Source: a virus. Taken from it: 51,500 bases of DNA. The notes under the pieces are model-generated. The model did not search any database, was not told where the DNA came from, and saw nothing but the letters and a program-made list of their open reading frames with translations. This document shows, in pieces, positions 1 through 6,521 of this stretch (within the stretch, counting starts at the first letter, position 1; each line of letters begins with the position of its first letter). The stretch is taken from the IMG/VR virus record IMGVR_UViG_3300021446_000092, positions 1-51,500 of that record. The stretch is one strand, 5' to 3'. The position numbers and the translations under genes are program-made.

Positions 1-72
1 CTCAAGTTCACCTTCTACACTCAACTCTTGCACCCGGTATGTAATAAAGGTTTGCTTCAAGCTAATTCTCCA
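1..72 (-). promoter_or_regulatory. Conserved promoter + 5' leader cassette, copy cut by window edge
   Basis: ctcaagttcaccttctacac...gtaataaaggtttgcttcaagctaatt matches copies at 3605, 4644, 31281 and inverted copies at 16662, 17148. nt 1-27 are identical to 51474-51500, so it probably drives CDS 51147..51473 across a circular junction. Confidence 0.7.
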
Positions 73-146
73 CTTGCCGGAGAGTGCAAAGCCTCACGCC
101 TACGGACCGTAGTCTGAAGCGGCGCAATGGAATGCGCAGGACAACG

Positions 147-346
147 GGTGAACGCCGCCGCACCGCGAAAACCGCGTTCAGGGACAGCCGCCGCAGGCGC
201 TCTGCGTCGAAGGCAAGACGGCGCGCGGGAGGTGAAGCCCGCGCGCGCTTCAGAAAGGCGTCCGGTTGGTGAACTTGAGATGAACGCCCTCCGCCCGGGC
301 CGCCCTGGAGGTGAAACAGGGCGACCCGGTGAACGCGGGGTTCACC
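147..346 (+). repeat. Non-coding cluster of five GGTGAA(C/G/A) motifs, including an orphan leader fragment and a hairpin
   Basis: GGTGAA at 147, 231, 268, 310, 328. 268-282 = GGTGAACTTGAGATG, identical to the last 15 nt (SD to ATG) of the cassette. 328-346 = GGTGAAC-gcggg-GTTCACC, a perfect 7-bp hairpin. Confidence 0.6.
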
Positions 347-414
347 TCTCGGGAGTCTGTAAGCGGCGGCCGCCTATGAGTCCTCCGGCTCCCCGGAGTC
401 CTCCGCCGCCTTGA
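280..414 (+). CDS. Doubtful 44-aa Arg/Pro/Gly-rich ORF behind the orphan leader fragment
   Basis: The ATG at 280 directly follows GGTGAACTTGAG. Composition is basic and unlike the acidic proteome, and the ORF overlaps the 3' end of 374..952 in antisense. Confidence 0.15.
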   Translation: MNALRPGRPGGETGRPGERGVHLSGVCKRRPPMSPPAPRSPPPP

Positions 415-952
415 TAGCCGCCTCCAGTTCCGTGACCGTTATCTCCGGATCTATGTCCCGTACGCCAAGCGTCTCTAAGTCGAGTGTCTCAAAGTCGGGC
501 CGGCTCCCGCTCGCTGGTGTCACGTAACCGGATGAGGCGCTCTGCGGGATTATACTCTCGACGCTATCCGGGATTGCACTCCCGGGGCTGTCCAGTAGTG
601 ACGGCGGATCCGGCGGGGAAGACGCCCACTCTGTCTCCGGGTCCCCGGTGGCGGTCAAGTGAGTCTGTTCCGGTGCGTCGAAGTCCGGGAAGTTAACGTC
701 GGAGTCCGGGAGGTTATGCCGGGCCGCCACGGCGCGGGCGCAGTCCGGGCAGGTGTCCGGATCTTCGATGAAGTCAACCAGGGAGTCCCAGGAGTCCTCG
801 ACATGGGCAACGAAGCCGTCCCGCTCGTGGCCGCACGCCGCAGGGTTTTGGGAGCCGGTGGAGGCTCCACACGGCCATTCCTTTGTGGTCCCGGACCGCA
901 TCGAGTCCCAAACGTGGTACCGTTCGTCGCCAAAACAGGTGACGTAGTTCAT
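374..952 (-). CDS. Acidic hypothetical protein, member of a CPxC-motif paralogue family
   Basis: 192-aa ORF with halophile-type acidic composition. ATGA overlap with the upstream gene at 949-952. Motif SWDSLVDFIEDPDTCPDCARAVAARHNLP is shared with four other ORFs. Confidence 0.8.
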   Translation of the reverse strand: MNYVTCFGDERYHVWDSMRSGTTKEWPCGASTGSQNPAACGHERDGFVAHVEDSWDSLVDFIEDPDTCPDCARAVAARHNLPDSDVNFPDFDAPEQTHLTATGDPETEWASSPPDPPSLLDSPGSAIPDSVESIIPQSASSGYVTPASGSRPDFETLDLETLGVRDIDPEITVTELEAAIKAAEDSGEPEDS

Positions 953-1365
953 CCGAATAGCCCCCCAAACACGGCTTCTCCGTCTTCACTGTCCTCGCCG
1001 TCTCCGCCGTCCTCGCTGTCTTCGCTTTCCTCGACGTACTCAGCCGCCGGGGGCCACCTGTCAGCGAGGCCCATCTTACAGGAGGGACAGAGATCCGGGT
1101 CGTTCACAAGCTCCTGAAGGTCGGAGAATGCCGCCATCTCAGTGACGTGGAGTAGGTCCCTCGGAAAGTCCTTATGCCCTCCCCCTCCTTGCGAGTTTGC
1201 TTCCTGTACCGAGATCCCGCAGATAGCCGAGGGAGACGTTCTCGACCCGCTCACGGTATATGACGCGGTGTTCGGAAAATCGGGGTGCGACTCCACCAAG
1301 CCGGTGTTGAGCGGCTCGATGTAGATGTGGAACGGCTCGGTGTAGTGGTTGATGAACAGGGCCAT
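949..1365 (-). CDS. Acidic hypothetical protein, CPxC-motif paralogue
   Basis: 138-aa ORF coupled to its neighbours. Motif FSDLQELVNDPDLCPSCKMGLADRWPP. Confidence 0.75.
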   Translation of the reverse strand: MALFINHYTEPFHIYIEPLNTGLVESHPDFPNTASYTVSGSRTSPSAICGISVQEANSQGGGGHKDFPRDLLHVTEMAAFSDLQELVNDPDLCPSCKMGLADRWPPAAEYVEESEDSEDGGDGEDSEDGEAVFGGLFG

Positions 1366-1643
1366 CAGTCGCCACCTCCGGGGGCCGCGGCGCGGACACG
1401 CCTCCCCGCGTGCCGTTCCATCGCTTCTACTTCGGGGAAGCCGAAGTGGTCCGCCAGCCTTTCCTTACAGTCGCACGAAGTATGGATCCGCCCGTTGTGG
1501 ACGAGTTGCCAGATGGACGCCCCATACTCATCCGTCACTTCATACACAGCGTCGCGGTGCCCGCACAGGGTTTCTTCCCCTTCCTCCAGTCCAAGGCACA
1601 TGTCGGAGTGGTTCGCGTTCTGTACGTCGGTGTAGAACGCCAT
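1365..1643 (-). CDS. Hypothetical Cys-rich protein (92 aa), divergent CPxC-family member
   Basis: Internal ATG (MAFYTDVQN) of track ORF 1365..1787. TGATG overlap with the upstream stop at 1643. C-terminal TSCDCKERLADHFGFPE resembles the family motif. Confidence 0.7.
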   Translation of the reverse strand: MAFYTDVQNANHSDMCLGLEEGEETLCGHRDAVYEVTDEYGASIWQLVHNGRIHTSCDCKERLADHFGFPEVEAMERHAGRRVRAAAPGGGD

Positions 1644-1930
1644 CAGTCGTCCACCTCCAGCGCCTCTACGGTCCACTCCACCGCCGGTTCGCCGTACCGC
1701 TTGAGCCGGACGCGGTCGGGGCACAGATCCGGGTTCTGGGCGTCCTCGGGTGCCACGTCGAAGTCCGCGGGCGTGACCGTCGGCCATACGTTCCGTCCGG
1801 GGGAGGCGCTTGGAACGTCCAGGGTACTGGCGGGCGTCCGGATCACGAACCCGTCTCCGACGCCGGCAACGGAGTTGGGGAGGTGTAGCCCGCGCTCGGT
1901 GAGCGCGAGGGTCCCGCGCGGCTCCGTCAT
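1643..1930 (-). CDS. Hypothetical protein (95 aa), degenerate CPxC-family member
   Basis: Internal ATG (MTEPRGT) of track ORF 1643..2308. ATGA overlap at 1927-1930. Motif EDAQNPDLCPDRV. Confidence 0.65.
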   Translation of the reverse strand: MTEPRGTLALTERGLHLPNSVAGVGDGFVIRTPASTLDVPSASPGRNVWPTVTPADFDVAPEDAQNPDLCPDRVRLKRYGEPAVEWTVEALEVDD

Positions 1931-2214
1931 CTCTCCACCTCCGGAAGCTCGTGGAACCGCTCGCGGAGCGTCACGCTGTTCGTGTCGAACCGCTCCGCCA
2001 CCATCGACTGGGTGGGCCGGCCAGCGCCGGGCGCGGCGCGTGGGCGCGTCTCCAGATACGCGGCGTACACGGCCGCCGCGGCGACCCCCTTCGGGGCCTT
2101 TCCGTAGTGCCACGACTCGTCCGCCTCCGCGAGCGCGACAGCGCGCTCTACCACGTCGTCCGGGATCCCGTCCGCCTTGGCCTCGATGATACCGACGGGC
2201 GTCTCGGGGTACAT
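1927..2214 (-). CDS. Solo TFB/TFIIB-type cyclin-repeat protein (95 aa)
   Basis: GIPDDVVERAVALAE...GKAPKGVAAAAVYAAYL...PTQSMVAERFDTNSVTLRERFHEL aligns by eye with the second cyclin repeat of archaeal TFB (GKSPxGxxAAAxYxA ... TQxEVAxxxxVTEVTxRNRYKEL). No Zn-ribbon or B-reader/linker is present. Confidence 0.75.
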   Translation of the reverse strand: MYPETPVGIIEAKADGIPDDVVERAVALAEADESWHYGKAPKGVAAAAVYAAYLETRPRAAPGAGRPTQSMVAERFDTNSVTLRERFHELPEVER

Positions 2215-2351
2215 CAGCACGCACCCCCGGCGAGCTTGTACGCCGCGCCGAGCGCCTGCGCGTCCAGCAGGAACGCCCCAAAGTAGAGTAGCTCGGGCTG
2301 GAAGCCATCCGACCGCGCGGATAGGAGCGCGACCGTGAGCGTGAATATCAT
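2214..2351 (-). CDS. Small hydrophobic protein (45 aa)
   Basis: MIFTLTVALLSARSDGFQPELLYFGAFLLDAQALGAAYKLAGGAC. ATGA overlap with the vWA stop and TGATG overlap with the next start. Below the ORF-track size cutoff. Confidence 0.45.
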   Translation of the reverse strand: MIFTLTVALLSARSDGFQPELLYFGAFLLDAQALGAAYKLAGGAC

Positions 2352-3604
2352 CGGCCGCCCCCGCCGACGTTCATCTGGGCCTCGTAGATCTGGATGAGGC
2401 TCTGGGCGATGTCGTTCTCGTCGGTCATAACGTAGCCGCCCTCGCCGAACATCTTCCGCATCAGATCCTCGTCTGCGCCGGGCTGTATCCCCATCCCGAT
2501 GACGACGTAGCCGTCCTGGCGGTACTTCCGGACTTCCTCTTGCGCCTCGGTTGTCGCGCCGACCGCGTTGTAAGTCCCGTCAGCCATCATCTGCGGCTGT
2601 CCGTCCGTGATAACGACCATCAGGCGCTCGGAGGCGGAAACCTCGTCGCACAGGCCCTTCGCGTGCCGCATCCCAGGCGTGATGGGATCCTGGTAGTTCG
2701 GCCACACGGCGTCCAGATGCTCCCACTCAAAGTCCTCGTCCGGGAGCGTCACCGGGATGATGCGCTGGTTCTCCTTACCCTTCTTTTCCGTGCTGGTCCA
2801 GGCGTTGGCGGTGAAGTCGTCTCCGATTTCCCGGCACGCGATGGCAAGCGCGCCGAGGGCGCTCTTGGCTTCCTTCACGACGCCCTTCATGGAGCCGCTC
2901 ATGTCCATGCTGACGGTGACGGCGCGGTCGCCCGGCTCCGCCTTCTGCTTCCGCTCGTAGAGGCGGTCCTGAGCGGACGTGTCGCCGGCCACAAGGTCCA
3001 CCACAGCGTCCTCGTTGAGGCGCTCGCCGTCCTCGTCCGGGACCCAGCGGTCGTCCGTCTTGAAGCGGCTGAACGCCTCCACGACTTCCTCCGCTTGCCC
3101 CGTCTCGTTAAGGCGGTCGCGGACGGTCTGGTGGCCGACTTCCTCGTAGCCGTCGTCGTCCGGGTTGACGCGCCCGGAGTCGAGGCGCTTCTGCCGGGTG
3201 CGGCGGTCCTGCTCCAGGTCCGTGTCGGCCTGGTCCTTCTCCCGCTGGACCTGCTCGAACTGTTCCTCGAAGCCGTCAAGCTCCGTCACGTCCACTTCCT
3301 GGTCCTCATCCAGTTCGTACTCCAGCCCGGTCCGGCCGTAGTCCTCATCGGCCCGGTCGTAGTCGTCCGGGACGTGTTCGTCCTCACCGTGTTCGTCCAC
3401 CTTGGAAAGCTCCGGGACCGGATCCGCGTCATCGTCCTCCACGATGGCGTCCGGCGTCTCGTCGTCCGCGCCGGACCCGCGCCCGCCCTCGGGAGCCGAA
3501 TCGCGCTTCTCCACGTCCGCGCCGGCCGCGGTGAGCTTCTCGATTTCCGCGGAGGTCAGATCCTCCGCGACCACTTCGCCCGTCTCGGTGTCTATAGCTT
3601 TCAT
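2348..3604 (-). CDS. von Willebrand factor A (vWA) domain protein with acidic N-terminal region
   Basis: MIDAS motif DMSGSM, later ITDGQP. 418 aa. The ATG directly follows a promoter/leader cassette. Confidence 0.9.
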   Translation of the reverse strand: MKAIDTETGEVVAEDLTSAEIEKLTAAGADVEKRDSAPEGGRGSGADDETPDAIVEDDDADPVPELSKVDEHGEDEHVPDDYDRADEDYGRTGLEYELDEDQEVDVTELDGFEEQFEQVQREKDQADTDLEQDRRTRQKRLDSGRVNPDDDGYEEVGHQTVRDRLNETGQAEEVVEAFSRFKTDDRWVPDEDGERLNEDAVVDLVAGDTSAQDRLYERKQKAEPGDRAVTVSMDMSGSMKGVVKEAKSALGALAIACREIGDDFTANAWTSTEKKGKENQRIIPVTLPDEDFEWEHLDAVWPNYQDPITPGMRHAKGLCDEVSASERLMVVITDGQPQMMADGTYNAVGATTEAQEEVRKYRQDGYVVIGMGIQPGADEDLMRKMFGEGGYVMTDENDIAQSLIQIYEAQMNVGGGGR

Positions 3605-3675
3605 CTCAAGTTCACCTTCTACACTCTACACTTGCATACGGAGGGTAATAAAGGTTTGCTTGGGGCAAATTCTCC
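3605..3675 (-). promoter_or_regulatory. Promoter + leader cassette (drives vWA operon)
   Basis: In gene direction: GAATTTGCCCCAAGCAAACCTTTATTACCCTCCGTATGCAAGTGTAGAGTGTAGAAGGTGAACTTGAG-ATG. TATA-like TTTATTAC lies about 48 nt upstream of the ATG, SD-like GGTGA about 12 nt upstream. Confidence 0.75.
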
Positions 3676-3707
3676 AGAAATAGAACGTTTTGAACCGTGA
3701 AGCGCCG

Positions 3708-4643
3708 CTACTCTACGATGCGGATTTCTGCGGCGTCCCGCTCCCCGAGTAGCTCGGCCACCATCCGGCTGTCCCGCGTCTCGCTCCCGCCGTCCTCGCC
3801 GTCCGCGCTGGAGCCGCCAGCCGCGGCGTCCGTGTCCTCGGCTTCCTCCGGGTCGAAGTCCGAATCGTCCGGGGCCTCGTCCGGGTCGAAGTGCCCGCGC
3901 TCCAGATCCTCCATAATCTCCTCGATGAGGTCACGGAGGAAGTCCGGCAGGTCCGGCGTCTCCGGGATGACCTCACGGAGACGGTCCACGACTTCGTGGG
4001 CCATCTCCTCGCGGCGGTCCGGGTCCTGGGTCTGCTTGACTTGCTCCGCCAGCGGGGCAATGTCCATCAGCGCCTCGCGGACTTCCGGGTCGGCGTCGTT
4101 GATGCCCTTGACTCTGCCCGCGAACGCGAGTTGAGTGAATCCCTCGACGGCCTGCTTCCGCGGCGGGATCTCACTCATCGGCGGGCGCATCTCATCGTCC
4201 TCCATGAGGCTCTGAATCGCCCAGTTGTGGACCTTCTTGAGTCCGCGGTACTTCCGGTGCCGGTTGTAGTCGATGTAGTTGTCCTCCAGAATGTTCATCG
4301 CCATTCCGGCGAGCTTCGCGTAGCCGTCGTCGTGTTGCTCCATGAACTCCCGCTTGCCCTCGATTTTGGAGTCGTTGTGGTGCTGAACCTCGTGGGAAAG
4401 CGTGTCCACGAGGAGCCGGAGCGCGTGCGCGCCGGTCGCGTCGTGGTACTTCCACGGCGCGTTCACGTCGAGGTAGACCGCGCGGGTCCCGTCCGGATCC
4501 GTATTGGCGTGGGCCGTCTCATCCGTCCAGCGGACTTCGATGGGGCCGTCGTCGCCGTCGTAGTAGTTCTGCGCGAGGTTCGTCAGGAGCCGCTTCAGGG
4601 CCTTGCTCTGTTCCAGCGCGTCGTCGGGTTTGGTATCGCTCAT
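3708..4643 (-). CDS. HExxH zinc metallopeptidase-like protein
   Basis: 311 aa with motif SHEVQHH and an acidic C-terminus. The ATG directly follows a cassette. Its neighbour is a vWA protein, resembling split DUF2201-type peptidase+vWA proteins. Confidence 0.85.
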   Translation of the reverse strand: MSDTKPDDALEQSKALKRLLTNLAQNYYDGDDGPIEVRWTDETAHANTDPDGTRAVYLDVNAPWKYHDATGAHALRLLVDTLSHEVQHHNDSKIEGKREFMEQHDDGYAKLAGMAMNILEDNYIDYNRHRKYRGLKKVHNWAIQSLMEDDEMRPPMSEIPPRKQAVEGFTQLAFAGRVKGINDADPEVREALMDIAPLAEQVKQTQDPDRREEMAHEVVDRLREVIPETPDLPDFLRDLIEEIMEDLERGHFDPDEAPDDSDFDPEEAEDTDAAAGGSSADGEDGGSETRDSRMVAELLGERDAAEIRIVE

Positions 4644-4715
4644 CTCAAGTTCACCTTCTACACTCTACACTTGCATACGGAGGGTAATAAAGATTTGTTT
4701 TGAGCAAATTAATCC
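4644..4715 (-). promoter_or_regulatory. Promoter + leader cassette (drives metallopeptidase gene)
   Basis: Near-identical to the 3605-3675 copy over about 55 nt. Confidence 0.75.
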
Positions 4716-4830
4716 CAAGCGGTGTCTATAGAGGCTTTGCGGGCCGTTTGCGGCGGATGAGCTGATTATCTTTTCTGATAACGCCGCGGGAGTGGGACAG
4801 GATTAGCCCACCCAGAGTGGCCCGATGTCC

Positions 4831-4859
4831 GCCTATCTTCCCCAAGGGGGAAGATAGGC
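4831..4859. repeat. Perfect 13-bp inverted repeat (stem-loop) in a long non-coding region
   Basis: gcctatcttcccc-aag-ggggaagataggc. Confidence 0.9.
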
Positions 4860-5041
4860 GAGTGGCGTGAGCGGGGGTTTTCCCGGCGGTTCTTTCCGGC
4901 ACCGGAGCAGGTCCGCATCTCGACTGCCCGGCCGTGCAGGTCGGCTGAACCTTCTACTGACCAGAAACTTTAAGGCGGAAACGGGATTATGGCAAATTAC
5001 CGCCGCGGAGTGAACGACACCCACTCCCGGTGGGCCGAACC

Positions 5042-6199
5042 ATGACGACACCGTGGAAAGACATCCAGTTCGCTGGGGTAGGCGGAGCCTCCGGCGGAGT
5101 CGCGTTCAGCGACTACCTCCGGACGCTCTACGGCGTTGCTCCGGCGGACACGACGACGATGAAGGACGCCGTGAGCGTCCTTCAAGACGAGTATAGCATC
5201 GAGGCGCGAGAGGTGGCCTACGACGACCCGACCGCCGCAGAGGAATGGTCGGGGACGGGCCGCCACATCGCCCTCGTCAACCCCGCAACAGGCCGCTTGT
5301 GGCACATCCCGACCCGGGAGTACACGCCGGTCACTCCCGAGGAGAAGTACGGCCCGCTCCTCGCCCGGCTCCGTGCGCGGGACTTTCACGAGTCCGTGTC
5401 GGGTGAGATCCGCCTGTTCCGGGACGGCGGGGAAGTCCACGCGGACTTCCTTCTGGACGACCTTCGGACCGGCGCGGACGACGAGATAGTGATGGGCGTC
5501 CAAACCGGCCACAACTACTTCGGCGGGAAGGCGCTCTACGCCGGTATCATCGCCTACGACACGGCGAACAACCGGATGATGCGCGGCCTGTCGGAGAAGC
5601 GGACCCGCCGCCACACCGGATCTGCCGGGTCGGACGTGGCGGACTGGTGGGACCAGATACTCAACCAAGCCGAGGACGCCTGCGACACGCTCGCGTCGGT
5701 GATTCTGGACGCCCAGGACTACCGCGTGGGCTTCTCTGAAGTCCCGCTGTCGCCCGCGGAGTACCTCACCTACGCCTTCGACGGCACGGAGTACCTCGCG
5801 GAGAACAGCGGCGAAGGCGAGGGACAGACCGGCGGTGCGGTGGCGTACCTTCCGGACGTTCCGAACCCCACGTCCGCCACCTACTCCGGCTGGGAGCTGT
5901 ACGCCGCGATGGCGTCCGCGCTCACCCACGACTTCCACGGGAAGGACGACAGTACGGCCGTCAGGCGGTACGTCCGCCGGGCAAACCGGCAACTGTTCTC
6001 CCCGCCGCGGATGGAGGACGACGTGCTTTCCGACGCCGCGGAGGACCTGGAGGACCAGGAGGATCTCGAAGGCGAGTCCATTCTGGAGTCAATCCGGGAG
6101 CGGCAGGCGTCCATCGGGGTCGCCGTGAAGCGCGCGCGGTCTGACAAGGACCGGCTCCGGACGCTGGTGGATGAAGCGGAGTCCGCGGAGGCGGCATGA
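5042..6199 (+). CDS. Hypothetical protein (385 aa), possibly a DUF932-like phage/plasmid protein
   Basis: Long acidic ORF starting at ATG 5042 (MTTPWKD); a GTG at 5030 is also possible. The family assignment is only an impression. Confidence 0.85.
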   Translation: MTTPWKDIQFAGVGGASGGVAFSDYLRTLYGVAPADTTTMKDAVSVLQDEYSIEAREVAYDDPTAAEEWSGTGRHIALVNPATGRLWHIPTREYTPVTPEEKYGPLLARLRARDFHESVSGEIRLFRDGGEVHADFLLDDLRTGADDEIVMGVQTGHNYFGGKALYAGIIAYDTANNRMMRGLSEKRTRRHTGSAGSDVADWWDQILNQAEDACDTLASVILDAQDYRVGFSEVPLSPAEYLTYAFDGTEYLAENSGEGEGQTGGAVAYLPDVPNPTSATYSGWELYAAMASALTHDFHGKDDSTAVRRYVRRANRQLFSPPRMEDDVLSDAAEDLEDQEDLEGESILESIRERQASIGVAVKRARSDKDRLRTLVDEAESAEAA

Positions 6200-6336
6200 A
6201 CCCCGACGAGCAATCGCTCGCCGTGTGGTGCCGCGAGTGCGAGGACTACGCGAATCCGGTGGATCTTGAGTCCACGGTATCGGGGCGGCTCCTGGTGGAG
6301 TGTGGGGCGTGCGGCGAAACAGAGGTGTGGGGCTGA
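6196..6336 (+). CDS. Zinc-ribbon protein (46 aa)
   Basis: MNPDEQSLAVWCRECEDY...VECGACGETEVWG with two CxxC pairs. ATGA overlap at both ends. Confidence 0.55.
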   Translation: MNPDEQSLAVWCRECEDYANPVDLESTVSGRLLVECGACGETEVWG

Positions 6337-6521
6337 TGGCGGAAGTCAGCCGCCGCCCGGACCAGAACGAGGTCGCCCTGTGGCACCTCACCGCGCACCC
6401 GCGGAGAGAGCGGGAAGCCGTGCTGTTCGACCCGGAGGAAGCCCGGGAGATGGCCGACGAGCTACGCGCCGCCGCGGACGACGTAGAGGCGGCGGAGACG
6501 GAGGACAACGATGAAAACTGA
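6336..6521 (+). CDS. Acidic hypothetical protein (61 aa)
   Basis: MAEVSRRPDQNEVALW...; the start overlaps the previous stop (TGATG). Confidence 0.6.
   Translation: MAEVSRRPDQNEVALWHLTAHPRREREAVLFDPEEAREMADELRAAADDVEAAETEDNDEN

Noticed and set aside
127-414. The 95-aa track ORF 127..414 (and 84..272) as real proteins.
   Set aside because: Extremely Arg/Ala/Pro-rich and basic, with no start context at 127 or 84. Only the ATG at 280 has a leader-like context, and even that ORF is doubtful.
4716-5041. Identity of the long non-coding region as SRP (7S) RNA or RNase P RNA.
   Set aside because: I could not find the conserved SRP helix-8 or RNase P CR-I/CR-V type motifs by eye. Only generic hairpins are seen, so it is kept as an unclassified structured region.
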